Assembly: GCF_026571515.1 (NCBI RefSeq)
Contig: NW_026860185.1
Span: forward strand, 124,001 to 188,000
DNA length: 64,000 nucleotides
From: Ruditapes philippinarum
Taxonomy: Eukaryota
Direction of reading: 5' to 3'
Below, in pieces: positions 13,001 to 27,100 of the stretch. Both the position numbers and the translations under genes were made by a program. Each line of letters starts with the position of its first letter. Position 1 is the first letter of the stretch. The notes beneath the pieces were generated by a model, which made no database searches, was not told where the DNA came from, and saw nothing but the letters and a program-made list of their open reading frames with translations.

Positions 13001-15358
13001 TTTCAGGTTTGTACCATTTCATATACCGTACAGATTAAGCTAGCACCGAGCGTATGCAATGTTCAATGGTGTCTAACAAGATGAGATTTTTATTTAAAAA
13101 TTCAATTTTTCTTGCTCTCAAGGGATTCGTACTTTTCAGAACTTTAATTTGAAGAGTACCTGTTTGGCTCAAATCTCGTCTTACGTGATGATTGTCATGG
13201 CTTCCGTCCTGAGAAAATATCACCAGTTTTTCCTTGTTGCTTGTAAATCTACCATACTATAATAAATGGTATTCGTTGATGTTATTTGGTATTTCTGAAT
13301 TTGTAGACAAAAATTGATTACTTGTAAAATGAAATTTTATTTTTGTCAAGTGATATAGTTACTACACTTATATCAATTGAATGAGTCATTTAAGAGTATA
13401 ATAACATTTCCAAAACATATTTACTGAAACGCACATATGAACTTATGAACATATCAACTTTTTCAATACTGTTAAAATCAATCTTGAAGAAGCCCCTTTA
13501 AATTACACAGATCACCAAGTACGTTCAATTATTAACTTAATGGCAATAATAAGCAAATTCATTCTGCCAAAAACATCTATGTTGCTTAGAAAGAGTAAAC
13601 ATTGCTATTTAAACAAAGTGATAAAACAAAACTTTTTTACAAATTTTGGCAAAGCATCTGAAGATTCTCTATGAACAATCAAAATATCAGAATTTCCAGA
13701 ATCATACGCTGCAAAATTCTGAAAAAGAAACAATAGCTGTATCAAACAATATAACTATGCCAGATATATAAAACAGGTTATAACTACGTATTACAGCTTA
13801 TTTCAAGTAATGTTGTCATCTTTGAACATAATGTGTTTTTTTAATAACTTCACTTCAAATAGTCAAAATATAAGTGTGACAAAAACAAGCAGCAAACAAT
13901 ATTTACATTTATTTGAATACAATGCTTTTTGTATTGGGTTTTACGTCGAACAAACACAGAAGAGGTCATATGGCAACTTTGCAGCTTCACTGGTGGTGTG
14001 AGATCTCAAATGCTCAATTATTTCAGGCACGAATGGGGACCTGAGTATAACCACCGTCGTTCCGCAAGCTAGCTGGAAAACTTTCTTACATGAAAGAATC
14101 CAAAGTCACTGGCGGATTCAAACCAATAGCTGTTAGGGGCTAATGGTGATTACTTTATAAAATATGCTTCATCATAAAACAAAAATAGCTCACATTTCTT
14201 TTGTCTTCTTTGAAGAGCCCAGAGGGAAGAATATTTGAGGTTTGAAACAAGTCCTCACTAAGAATATCAGTGGTCTCGCTATCTTTATTTAGCCTCAAGT
14301 AAATGTTGTTGTCATTATGATTCAAATGAACATCTATAACATCCGGAAATCTTCTGTTTCCATGGTAATACACATTCTCTACTACTACTAAATCTAATGA
14401 GATATAAACATGTGGTAACCTTTATATTATTTGTTTAAATGTAAAGTTAATTTGCATTTTTTTAATTGAATAATTTATTATGGTACAAATAAAACAACAA
14501 ATGACCGTTTATTTACACAATGTACACACAATACTTATACAATTTTAATTCCAAATATTATGGTTTGATACAAGGATGACTTAAATCTCCTTAAAAGAAA
14601 ATGATCTTTTTCCTCAGATTTCCGGATTACAGATGTACTGATAAAATCACGATAATATTTTGTACATTTGTTCATGTTGTTATGAGCCATTTATTTCTTG
14701 TAGGGAAGAATATTTAGGTTATAAACAAACTAATATTATTTGTCATTTTGTATAAGAAAGGTACAATGTATTGATTTTTTTGCAGAAATGCACAAATATC
14801 CTTTTTCGATTCTGTTTATTAGATATCAGTCTTCCGCCAGTCTTTCAATAAGTAAATAACTATCATAATGTAACCTGAATACAAAGATTTTCAAAACTAG
14901 TATATGCACAATGCCAAAAAAAAAAATGATACAAAGAGCATAATAGATTCATTCCTTTTAATTATTTAAGAATAGTTAATTACTTACACTTACTGAAATT
15001 AATTTAAGATATATTTCATAGGCAAGCTACCAGTTTTGTTACAATTCTTGATAAAGAAATGCTGCTATTGATTTAATTGATACAGAAAAGGTGACATAAG
15101 TCCCAGTCATGCCACGTTATTAGTATATGATGATAGAATGTCATTTAAATGTGGTAAAAAGGATATGTACGGTTACATTATTCTTATATACACATACTTA
15201 TCTCCAATTATATGACTGACAAAGATGAAACTGTTTAGAATAGAAGGAGAAATCTATAAATTTCTTTCAGCAAGGTGATATGATTTACCTGTCAATATCT
15301 CCCCAATAACTGAACAATATCCCAATGCTTCTATAACTAGAATTATACCGTAAAACAT
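4055..15358 (-). CDS. Secreted ADAM/ADAMTS-like (M12B reprolysin) pseudoprotease paralog A, 17 exons, about 673 aa
   Basis: Exons 15358-15289, 14393-14194, 13718-13641, 13256-13160, 11616-11535, 10780-10696, 10065-9982, 8482-8337, 7967-7942, 7555-7453, 7131-6979, 6744-6600, 6257-6132, 5853-5677, 5410-5272, 4853-4712 and 4223-4055. All GT-AG; they join in frame (2022 nt) to TGA. Signal-like N-terminus MFYGIILVIEALGYCSVIG, reprolysin landmarks (LELFIFAD, DHLVAIT, GKIC, Met-turn FIMSP, WKFSECS, SCL), ADAMTS-type Cys-rich module (NEQCVLRYQAGSTFC..CRFGVC), S/T linker and Cys-rich tail. Confidence 0.88.
9261..9487. mobile_element. Palindromic MITE, family 1, copy 1
   Basis: TATGAGCCGCGCCATGACAAAACCAACATAATG at the left end, its reverse complement at the right end, and a largely self-complementary interior. 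Same family at 40680 and 45882. Confidence 0.85.
11018..11395. repeat. 21-bp minisatellite (GACTTAGTAACTCGAAAT[GT]TC) with a short inverted copy
   Basis: About 12 degenerate tandem units at 11018-11280 and a reverse-complement copy near 11367-11395. Confidence 0.85.
11730..12788 (+). mobile_element. Non-autonomous Tc1-like DNA transposon
   Basis: TA-flanked TIRs CTTAAGGACAATGAAAACGCACG ... CGTGCGTTTTCATTGTCCTTAAG. The interior encodes a decayed Tc1-type N-terminal HTH (ANRFAVHRSTISRL..YTTG) near 12310-12420. Confidence 0.75.
13925..14150 (-). mobile_element. tRNA-derived V-domain SINE (RUDI/BivaV-like), degenerate
   Basis: The reverse strand reads ..CATGTAAGAAAGTTTTCCAGCTAGCTTGCGGAACGACGGTGGTTATACTCAGGT..AAAGTTGCCATATGACC..GACGTAAAACCCAA, resembling the V-SINE core and tail as I recall them; not database-checked. 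Confidence 0.6.
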
Positions 15359-16393
15359 TTTAACATAAGTTGTTTACTTAAATATCTCTTCATTCAATTT
15401 ATCTTTAATTTATAATTGTTATTTTCATTGTCAACAAACATTACATTGAAAATGTGTGGTCAATTGTTATTGTAAGAAAATAATGTGGCCCATGGCATTT
15501 TAAACCCTATAATTTGTACTGTGGCTAATCGAGGAACACATATGACGAGTAACAAGTACAGTATATTTTTGATGTTAAGATCTTAATGAACGTAAATATA
15601 AATAAAAAACACGACGTTCACAATCTTTAATTACGTTTAGATATCATAGATGTATATATCCATGAATACTAGTTTAATTTTTACTGTATATTTATTTTTA
15701 ATTTTTTTGTTTGTTATGTGGAAAAATTGTCTTTTTACTGAATTGTCATTTGGGTTTCAAAAAATTTTCCAATTTTAAAACTTTATTCGGGGGGAAACCT
15801 TGAAAAATCCCAAATTTATACCCAAAAAACTCTTTATTTCAAATTTTTTGTTTTTATGCCCTCCCTTCCTTTCCCAAATATTTTGGGTTTTACAAAAATA
15901 TTTAGCCCAAAATGAAAACACAAAGGGGGGAAAAAATTGGGGCTCCTCTTCAAATCGTTTGATTTTTTTTATTCCCAATTGGCTTTTTTGACATGAACGT
16001 TGGCCCAAATTTGTCCCAAGCATCTCCGATGGGGTTCACATCGAGAAATCTGGGTGCCCAATTCATGCGTTTCATAAAGTGATGGTCTTGGTCCTCGGGG
16101 ACCTACTTGCACGGAACCTGGACCAACAGATCAAGCAATTGTCCTTACTGTATACAATGCCGACCAGTATTTTGTTTCTATACCCAATTCCTAATGACTA
16201 ATAAATTGTTACAGTCATCATAAGAAAATAACTTTGACTCACAAGTTAGTAATTTCATTAATTATTTTGTTGAGATCATCACAACCGGATGCTATACTTG
16301 CCAGTGCTTGGCGAAGACTGATCATACCAGATTTATAAGTATACGGCAAACGATTTTTTTTCGAATATATTTACTTTGTGACATACTTGTTAG

Positions 16394-18206
16394 TTATACC
16401 CCTACCACAATATATGGGTGACTAAATAGATTCGCTTTGTCGCATCCGTTCCGTCCGTCCGCCAGTCGTCGGTCCGTCAGTCCGTCTCCATTATCGTGTC
16501 TGCTTTATAAATCCTATACCAATTAAAGGATTTTCTTCAAACTTGGCTCAAATGTTCACCTCAACAAGGGGATGTGCAGAACCTATGTTGCCCATGTGTC
16601 AGCTCAAGATCAAGGTCACAATTGAAGGTCAAATATCAAACAATCAAATATTAGACAAGTATGTCGTGTCCGCCCTGTAAGTCCTACACTAATCGAAAGA
16701 TTTTCTTCAATCTTGGCTCAAATGTTCACCTTAACAAGGTAATGTGCAGAACCCATGTTGCCCCTTTTGCTGGATTAAGGTCAAGGTCACACTTGAAGGT
16801 CAAAAATTGACTGAAATTTTAACATGTATTTGAATATTTCTAAAACTAGAATAGGTATTTGCTTGAAACTTAAAATATATATGGAGTGTCACATTTAAAT
16901 TTAAATATGCTGGTCAAGTTTCAAGTTATGCCCCTTTTTAAGTCTTCAAATTTACATACACTCAAATATTAGACAATATGTCGTGTCCGCTCTATAAATC
17001 CTATACTAATGGAAGAACTTTTTTCAAACTTCACTCAAATGCTCACCTCAACAAGGTAATGTGCAGAACCCATGTTACCTTTGTGCCGGCTTAAGGTCAA
17101 GGTCACACTTGAAGGTCAAAAATTGACTTACAACATGTTCTTAAATTTTTACGTGTACATGTACTTGAATATATTTGAAACTGGCACAGGTATTTGCTTG
17201 AAACTTAAAAGATATGTGAAGTGTCACAAGTAAGATATGCAGGTCAAGTTTCATAACTCTGTATTGCATTTTGACAAAGTTATGTTCCTTTTTTAAGTCT
17301 TTAAATTAACTACAATCAATACTAGACAATATGTCGTGTCCGCTCTATAAATTCTATACTGATGGAAGGATTTTCTTCAAACTTGACTCGAATGTTCACC
17401 CAAACTGGGCAATGTGCAGAACCGATCTTACCCTTGTGACAGCTTAAGGTCAAGGCCACACTTGAAGGTCAGAAATTGAAACAGAAAATGTTCTGAAATC
17501 TTAACATGTACTTGAATATTTCTAAAACTAGAACAGATAATCATTTGAAACTTCAAATATATATGAAGTGTCGCAAGTAAGATATGCAGGTCAAGTTTCA
17601 TAACTAAAAAAGTGTAGGGGATAACTTTGTATTGTATTTTGACAAAGTTAAGTTTTAAATTTATTTACTACAATATTTCTTAAACCAGAACAGATATTTA
17701 CTTGAAACTTAAAATTTATATGAATGGTTACAAGCAAGCTCAGATGATGAACATTCTACAATTTCATTAAATTACGACACAAGTTATGCCCCTTTTAGGC
17801 TTAAAAAATGTTCTGATATAACCATTAATAGTTAAATGTTTCTGAAACTAAAACATATATTCACTTGAAACTATATAATATATGAAGGGTCACAAGTAAG
17901 CTCAGTATGCAAAGTTTTTCAACTCTGACATAATTAACATAATTATGCTATTTTCTTAACTTCACTGCTTTTGTTTGTTTTAGTACATTGGGAAAATGAA
18001 AGGTTATTTGTAACTGTTTCGAACATGATTTGACAATATATATTTATACTATTACCAGTACAATTTGTCTTTTTTCACCAGGGATAATTTCTTTTTATGT
18101 ATATGTATTTGTGCCACTAAAGTTATTCCCTTAACCACCTTTCCAAGTCATCTTCTGTCAAGGACATTGGTGGGGGTATGACTTGCATCCAGCAATAGTT
18201 CTAGTT
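16394..18206 (+). mobile_element. Helentron-associated (HINE / pearl-like) non-autonomous element with an internal tandem array
   Basis: 5' TTATACCCC, (CCGT)n microsatellite, several long internal tandem repeats (AAGGTCAAGGTCACACTTGAAGGTCA units), subterminal inverted GGGGGTAT and a 3' end CTAGTT. Confidence 0.7.
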
Positions 18207-18875
18207 TGATTTGCCAAGGAAGACTATTTTTTAATGCTTAACAATATTGTTAAACATTTCATATAAAATAGGAGATTAAAGCTATTGTTTCGCAATAAAG
18301 GCGACAGTACATTATGCTTTATGGTAATTTTCTTCGTGGTGAATTTTGTTGTTAGTAGTATACAAATGCATTGGCAATCAGTTTGTATGAACAAATAGAT
18401 ACAATGCAGTTGTAATGTTCTCTTCGCCGTTACCATTTATGCAATATACAACAATATCATTGTTTGAATTTGGCGATGAACATTTACATAACGTCTATGC
18501 CAATAAAATGTTTGTTTTGAATTTTTTTTTATCAGAGACGAGCCATTTATTCTTGTTTGTCTTTTCTGTGTTGATGGATTTTTGTTTCTTGTAGGGAGGG
18601 ATATTTAGGTTATCAAGAAACTAATATAAGTCAGCTTGTATAAGAAAACGACCATAATTCAACAACAAACAACATAGACTGTCGACAATACAATCGTTTT
18701 CTTTATAGAATGTTAATGCAATTTTAAAGAATATGAAGTGGAGTCGTGTGGATGGTTAAGAAAGACAAAATTCAAATGTATGTTGGACATGTATATTTCA
18801 TTAGTTATTTTTATGTGACATTTATATCTACTTAATGAATAGTTTATATTTTTGTGATATTTTTAGTTTTCAATT

Positions 18876-19185
18876 TTACTTCTTCTCCACCAGTTCTACC
18901 TTCCATTTACCGGAATCATTTTTGAACACTTCTGCAGTTATTTCTTTTTTATTTTTATCTTCAGGCATTGTGATAATTCTTCTTGGTCCAGATTCGTACT
19001 GCGAGGCACAACTCTCGTGAACATATCTGATAAAACATTAAATAACATGATTTCAAGTTCATTTTGCTATATCTTTGGTAAATATGCATTGCATTGATAA
19101 CAAAGCTTTGGTTTTTGTAGCAGACCAAGGGTCAATTACGTTACCTTTTTTCGGGTTACAACAAAAAAAATTTTTTTTCTTTTTC

Positions 19186-19243
<58 letters not shown>

Positions 19244-19528
19244 GTTGTTGTATTGATCATAAAAGTTCACTGAACGTACATATGCTAATAAGACTTTAGT
19301 TAATTGAATAGATAAAATTATACTTACGTTGTTGTAACTCGGACTTTCTTGCCAAAACAATGAGCACCTTGCTCACAATCCTTGTTGTTCTTATCACAAC
19401 CTGCACACGTACATCCTGTAATATATATAATTATAATTCGGTATGTTAAATCAGAACTAAATAATTGTCAACATCTGTCACGTTTGTACATAGTACTGAA
19501 GTCCGATCCATTGAGGCAACGGTCAACG

Positions 19529-19607
<79 letters not shown>

Positions 19608-21082
19608 AATAATGAAAGAAACTAAATGAACGTGTATCGCATTCACAACAATTAGAACGACAACTTATGATTCAACAGTCTGAGTGGAATTTAAGTGACA
19701 TGTTTATTACAAAGTACACTTTTTGTTTAAATATTAAAAAGTTAGTAAAGTACAAAATACCTGGTACATCGTAATCTTTAACTTTTGTTTTCAACACACA
19801 TGAAAACGGTTGTGTTGTCGTCTGAAGATCACTGAAAGAAGTCGTAGACTCCGTTGATGATTCTTTACAAAATCCAAACTGACAAGTTAACTGTGAAGAC
19901 AAACATTGTGTTAACTGTTTAAAACCTAGTACCTATGACCTACATATAAAACCAGTATAGAACCCGGTCAACCTGCACATCTGTGAATTCTGACCACATG
20001 CAATAGTCTTGTCCGATTCATATACAAACGTATGTACATGTATATCAATTTACCCGGTAATATTGGAATTTTACGTAATCATTACAGCTCGTTACGCGGA
20101 GACACACACCAAAATAATTCAAAACATCATCGTATTTCTACAAAAGAAACTACTTCCTAGGGATCACCCTTCTTCTATATTTTGAAATTATTCGACATAG
20201 AAGAAAAGAAACAAGAGCTGTCCGTAAGACAGCGCGCTCGACTTTTTTATTGCTTACCAATAAAAAAAGTTTTTGCAGTAAAAGGCAATACAAGAATCTC
20301 TGTATTTTTAAAGTGAACAATGGCCATGAGCATTAAGATATTTAGTGAAGAATTATTTTACTGAATTGTGTGATACCCTTGAACACTGCAGCAAAGTTTG
20401 AAATGTTTAAGTCAAAACATTGACAGTTAAGGGCCATAATTCAAATAAAATCTTTGACAGAATTACCTTCTCCTGGACATGTTTGGGAATCATGATTGTA
20501 AACAAGTATTCCAACTTTCAAATTAATATCTCAAACAGTTCAGTCAAAAAGTGGACTGGTACTAAAAACTTAACCAAGATTCTAAGTCGATAAAAGGCCT
20601 TAATTTTTAAAACAAATCCTTGACAGAGTTACCTTCTCTTGCGTACAGATGGGGGTAATGATGTGAAATAGCATTAAAAGTTTCAAAGCAATATCTCAAA
20701 GGGTTAAGGCAATAAGTGGATTTTACCCATATTCAATGTATTTTCTAAGTCAAAAAGGGGCATAATTCTGTCAAAAACCTTGACAGAGTTATGTCCTCTT
20801 GTCTGTTGATGAAGGTCGTGATGGTAAACAAGTATGGTCAGTTTCAAAGCAATACCTCCAATGGTTTTGAAATAAAGTGAGGTGGTACAAAAAACTTAAC
20901 CAAGCTCAATACACTTTCTAAGTCAAAAAAGGGCCATAATTCTGTCAAAAACCTTGACAGAGTTATGTACTCTTGTCTGTAGATGGAGGTTATGATGGTG
21001 AACAAGTATGGTAAGTTTCAAAGTCATACTTGTAATACTTCTGAAATAAAGTGGGGTGGTACGAAAAACTTAACCAAGGTGT

Positions 21083-21114
<32 letters not shown>

Positions 21115-24100
21115 GGCGAGTAGGATAGCTCCCCTTTTCATAGAAAAGTCGAGCTAAAAAGTTGACGCTCATATTATCTAAAGTGTATTAATAAAATTAA
21201 TGAAATAATAAATCAGATGAATAATTAATACAATTATATACGAGGGGAAGTCAGAAAATATCCGGACTTTTGACTCGTTCTCGAAAACCATTCAACATTT
21301 TAAAAAAAAATCTTTCTACTCTTTCTCCACCTACGTCTACGCACCTTTGCCATCTTCGTGGGAGCTTTTGTATTCCCGCTGTGAACCATGACTTTGGGTA
21401 GTGTGTACAGCAGATATCAAAGCCGCCCTGGTCTTATATTTCTTTCCAGCATGCAATTTTTTCAGTTCTGGAAACAAATAAACGTCACAGGGGGGCGAGG
21501 TCTGGGCTATAAGGAGGGTGAGACAACAATTGCCATTTGTAAGAGTTGATAACCTCCACTGTAGCTGCGTCGGTATGGGAGGGGGCGTTATCGTGAAGAA
21601 GGAGGACATTTTTATGTGCTAACCTGGGACGCATTTGCTTCAGCTTTTCTCTGAGATTTTTCAGAATTACCTCTGAGATTTTTCAGAATTACAATTTGTA
21701 CTTCAGAATAGTACTTGGCGGCGACAGTTTGACCTTTTGGCATGAAATGAGTAAGTATCATTCCTCGTGAATCCCAAAAGGCAACAAGCATGACTTTGCC
21801 AGATAAAGGAGACAGCTTAAATTTTTAGGAGGTGGGGAACCAGCTCGTTTCCACAACTGAGCTTTTGTCTCAGGTTCGGAATAATGACTCCAGTGATAAT
21901 GCGGTTCAAAAACTTATCTCCTTCACGATTAAAACGACTTAAATGTTCTTTTGCATTGGTTACTCTGGTTACCGTTTGATCTGCGGACAGCTGTCTAGGC
22001 ACCCACCTGGCACTTACCTTGATCATGCCTAGGTGTTCGTGTAAAATATTGTGTGCTGATGCCTTACCGATGCTAAACTTGTTTGCTACCTCCTCCAAAG
22101 TTACTCGACGATTTTGTTGACAAAAGCTTTAACATTTGCTACCATTGTTGGGGTCACCGCCTCAGCTGGCCGCCAGTCCTAGGCCTGTAACAAGTACTTG
22201 TTCTTCCTTCACGAAACTGAGAAACCCAGTTGTAGAAGGTTGAACGTGATGCTCATTTATCAGAAAATCTTTTTAAGCCTCTGAAATATGTGGCAGGGCT
22301 TTTCACCTTCTGCAACCAGAAACTTTATTAAAGAGCATTGTTCCTCTAACAAAGAGTCCATGATAGACGAAACACCTATCATATATCACAGGGCAAAATA
22401 CTGTGTATACACAACTATCATTGAAAATAAACTGACCACGTTATTGGCGAATGAATGTAGTTTTCACCAATATATAATGTGTGTATATAGCTGCACGTAG
22501 AAAGAGAGGAGCATGAAAAGTCCGGATATTTTCTGACCGTCCCTCGTATAACGCTGTCTGTCTTACCCCCTTTGTATTCCCACATGATGTCCTATGTGAC
22601 ACAGTAAATGGTTCACACACACCATTGACTAGGCAGCCCTGTGTTGCACTGTAGCAATCAACCATATTTTGATTGCTATTATCCTAGAAATATAACACTT
22701 CAATGCGCATGTGTAATAATTAAAGACACATGCGCACTGTAAATAAAATCATTATAATAAATTCATCATATTTAACAGTGTGTTCAAACTTGGTTTCTGT
22801 TTTGACAACAAATTTGAAACTTCTTCAAAATTTATCGGTCCAATGAGCATTAGAGGAATACTTGTATATACATATATTGGTACAACCGGTACCGTCGGCC
22901 TAGTGGTTAAGGCGTCAGCCTTCGGATTGTGAGGTCGAAGGTCCGAGACCCACGTGGAGCGTTAATTGAGGAATTAATGTTTCTCGTCGAACTCATTCTG
23001 AAATGGCCGCTTCGTGAGCAGCAAGGTAGTTAAAATGAATGTTTACCATTTTCTATCCGCCTGGCGCCTGGCATAGTGGTAGCAGTTGGGGTAAAAGGTA
23101 TACAAGCAAAAGGTGTCTTATAAGTCAGAAATGGCTGGCCCTTTCAGTAGGGGAGACACTATAATAAACAAACCCTTTACCCTTTTTCCTTTTATATTCT
23201 TAAATATTTACAGTTTTATATTAGTTTTAAATAAGAATTAAAAACCTGTAGAAAGAACGGTTTAATAAAACATTATATTCAAAATATTACATACGCAAAA
23301 TGTAGCCCCACTTTGGTAACGTATTTCGCATTGTTGATCAGCAGATATTTCTTCACTCATAAAAGGGGCATTGTTAAACTTTTCCCAGTCGTAATACTTA
23401 TCCTCTGTTTGAAGACAACTTAGGTCTAATCCGCCATTACTTTAAAAATAAAAATGCTAAAATCGTAACAGAAAAGTACCTTAAATATTCATAAATAATG
23501 TATCTATGATTTACGAACAGTAAATGTATGCTAGATTATTAGCATAGTTTCCGTGTGTTTATTATTAATGAATTGTTTCAGTAAAAGTTTACATACATGT
23601 AGAACAAATTAGATTTTGAAATCCAGCACAACCTTTACTTAAATATCTTACCTATATAAAGATGTTTCATTTAAAACCTTATATTTATTTTAAACAATAT
23701 GGTCAAGGGAACTTTATTTTTGCTAAAACTAAATATTTTTGTCTTATTAATAAAAAAATTTGATAGATGCTAAATATTTATGCGGATCGCTTCCATTCTT
23801 TCGACCACAGATTAAATTGCAGCAAATATTTAGTTTTGGTCGCACACTTGTGTATAATTTGGCTTGAAAAGATTAATCAGTTATGAAACTATTGTGTCAG
23901 TACCAAACCATTGAAATAGCAAATCTAATTTTTTTTTTTTTTTTCATATTTGGCTAAAACACCTTCAACATTATTTAAATTTCAAACGAATCAACTTTTA
24001 ATCGGTAAATAAAACAAATTGACATATTTGGCCATGAAGTAAATAACTAACGTAACGTAACAATCCAAGAATTCGACTTTTTTCATTATACGTACATCGC

Positions 24101-27100
24101 AGCTTGGAACTTTTCTACGCTACATGTTGAGAATAACCATCTGTTCCCTTGTATTGATGGGTCTGTCACAACACTATAATCACTGGACATGATGTATTGA
24201 TCATTAATTTCACAACTGTTTGATGAACCATCGAAATTTACCCCGAATCTTAACCAAAAAACAAAAGATGTCTGTTATGCAACCAAAGTTTTATTTCCCA
24301 TCGTATATTTCTCAATATCATTTAACTTTATTTTTACAATAAAAGATTTCACTGTCTATATTCGCGAGAATGTGAAAGTCTTAGCTGCCATATACTTATT
24401 CGTTTGTTTCAGTTTGAATTACTTTAAGATTTCTTGCCATGTTGCTCGTCTTGGCAATATATTGCTCAGCTTCGGTGTTGCTATTGCACAGCTCCTGCGA
24501 TAGTTTCACATTCCTGCGTTATGGATATACACAGTGGGTATACCATTTTTCTGCACAAGAATATCTGTAAACTGTTTTTCAGAATAAAAAAGAGTAGCAC
24601 GATGGTCTCAGCCGTATATTCTTTTCTGGCTTTAACATTACGCCTATAGTTTAAGATGTATGTAAAAAAAGAAACGTCAGTTTTATATCTAGGGAGAATA
24701 ATTACTATGGCTGTTGTATCTTACTGAAATACGTAAATGTACAGTATATCTATTAGTTCGATAAATGTGTTTGTGGTTTCGCCTGAGGTTTCTCGTCGGG
24801 ATCTGCTAATGAATTGATTTTTAACATGATTATTTGTCTGCGGTTAGCGAGGTTATATATTTGCTATTACTGTGTCATATAAACTTTACTGACACTTTTG
24901 ACAGGTTAATTTGGCTTTCGTTTGTAACTTTGATATTAATGTAACATTATAACTTAGATTTCATTTGTGACATAATCTTTTTTTTCCGTCTGATAATATG
25001 TCCTGGATGTCGTTTATGACATGAAAAGTTCGACTGCTGTAATATGATAACATCTATCTATCTATCTCTGGATACTGCCAACCCCTCTTACGAGTGTTAA
25101 AGGCAGGAATTTAGTGCACGTCGGATTGTTAGTAAAAGGTAAAAAGAAAAGCTAAAAAAGAAAAGTCCAAACATTGACATGCTTGGAAGGCGAGACTGAA
25201 AATGTATTCTAGTCATGGTTAAAATGTTAATAGTGAAACAAGATGATAAGAGATAAAATAGTTTAAAAACACTGGGAGTAAGACTAGTACTGCAAACCCA
25301 CCACTGCCTGTTTGAACTGACTCAGGTTAGGCAGGGTGGCAATGTTACTAGGAAGTTTATTCCATAGTATAATGCTATGAGGGAAGAAAGAGTACTTATG
25401 GTAGTCAGAGGATACCTGTAATTGGCGTAGAGATAAGGGATGCATATGTCTGGTTAATCTATGTGGGGTTTGAACATAAGTTGGGAGATTAATTGCAACT
25501 AGGTTGTGGTATATCTTAAAACATTATCAGTCTACAGTCCAATCTGCGATGTTCAAGGGGTCGCCAGCCCAGTTCTTCCTGCATGGCTGTGACACTAGAG
25601 TGAGGGGAGTAATCCCTTTTAACCCATCTTATTGCGCGTCTCTGGATCATCTCAACTTTGTCAATATTGGTTTTAGTGTAAGGAGACCAAATAGTTGAGG
25701 CATATTCAACCTGTGGGCGGACCAGGGACTTGTATGCTAGTTCTTTCACTTTCTCATTTTTTAGTAATGACATTTCTTTTAATAAAGCCAAGGGATCTGT
25801 TTGCATTGGAAGTTATTCGAGATATATGTGTATTGAATTTAAGGTCAGCAGATAGATCTAGTCCGAGATATTTAGCATTTGTAACAGACTCTAGGACTTG
25901 GCCATGGAGCATATATTTGTGTTTAATTATGGTTTTATTTTTGGTGATAATGACAATATTTTCTGGACATAATAATAAGTTAATCATTACCTTTGTTATC
26001 AAATGTATCATTATATATCATGCATCGTCATGATAACATATAAGACATATTTACTTTTTCAAAATTTAGTAATGTGTAAGTAAAATTGGTTACGTCCGAG
26101 CTATCGCTTGAGACATGGCAACTTGAAAGTGGTCAATACGAACAATAGATGCCGCCACATTTGCTGTCTCCCCACACATGCTGCCAGCTGTCATTACTAT
26201 ATTGTATAAAATAGTTAATTAGAGCTAGTTTGTCAATTCTATAAGGATCATAAGCCTATGGGGCAATACATACAAAGCTTATAAATCCACACATAAAAAT
26301 GATCATGAAAAGATAGTACGTACAATTGAGTATAACATAATTTATACTAAGTTTATGTACTTCGGAAGGCTGAAACTCAAATTTAACCAAAGAAAAATAT
26401 ATAAAAGAAAAACACTTCAAAATAAACATATGAATGACTTGAAAACGTGCATTTGTACCCCAAATTACAGGCGATCTTTATTGCAATCAGTACAAAAATG
26501 TCAACTTACTACATGTAGCTATAACCTTAGTGCACGAATTCTCTGACAATTATTGTTAATAAACAACAGAACAGAATGTGTAGTTATAAAACTGTATGGG
26601 GAGAATTGCTATTGACGATATTTAGTCCTACTCACACATTCATAAAATTTAACGACATAGATTATTAAAAATATGCTTGAAGTAAATAAAAGTATTAAAT
26701 ACATGTTGGCATGTTGTGGAAGCGTAAGTTTGGCAAAAGTTTGATATGTGTAAATCATAAAGATTTTACCTTGGTCTCCGTCTGCCATTTGTAACCTAAA
26801 AACAGTTCATTATTTAATTTGATTAATTTATTTATGGTAAAATGATTATAAAATTGTACTGCTTAAGTTACATTAAATAAATATGTAAAAAATATTTTGC
26901 AGTCGGCCTAAAAACCAAGCATTATACAGTTTCATTAACCTTTTTAACAGAATTGTTGTAAATTTCATCAAACATTGTTCATAAATTAGGATTATAAACG
27001 GAAAACCCCACGGTAACACTAAAGTTCGTATACGAATTTTAACATGCAAATGAAGACTATAATCAGTTCGTGTATGTGCTACGTCACGGTGTTATAGTTG

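Noticed and set aside
15720-16060. Overlapping ORFs 15775-16023 and 15800-15991 (likewise 53878-54168 and 54770-55005)
   Set aside because: The sequence is dominated by homopolymer runs, suggesting low-quality consensus or low complexity; the K/F/G/P-biased translations have no recognisable motif.
19075-19646. Poly-Y, poly-N and poly-I ORFs (also poly-L at 51669, YI repeats at 54330, K/E/R-rich at 57326)
   Set aside because: These are translations of microsatellites.
22886-22960. tRNA gene (also the tRNA-like heads near 42780-42835, 45320-45380 and 34310-34350)
   Set aside because: A/B boxes are present, but there is no convincing cloverleaf and the heads run into SINE-like bodies.
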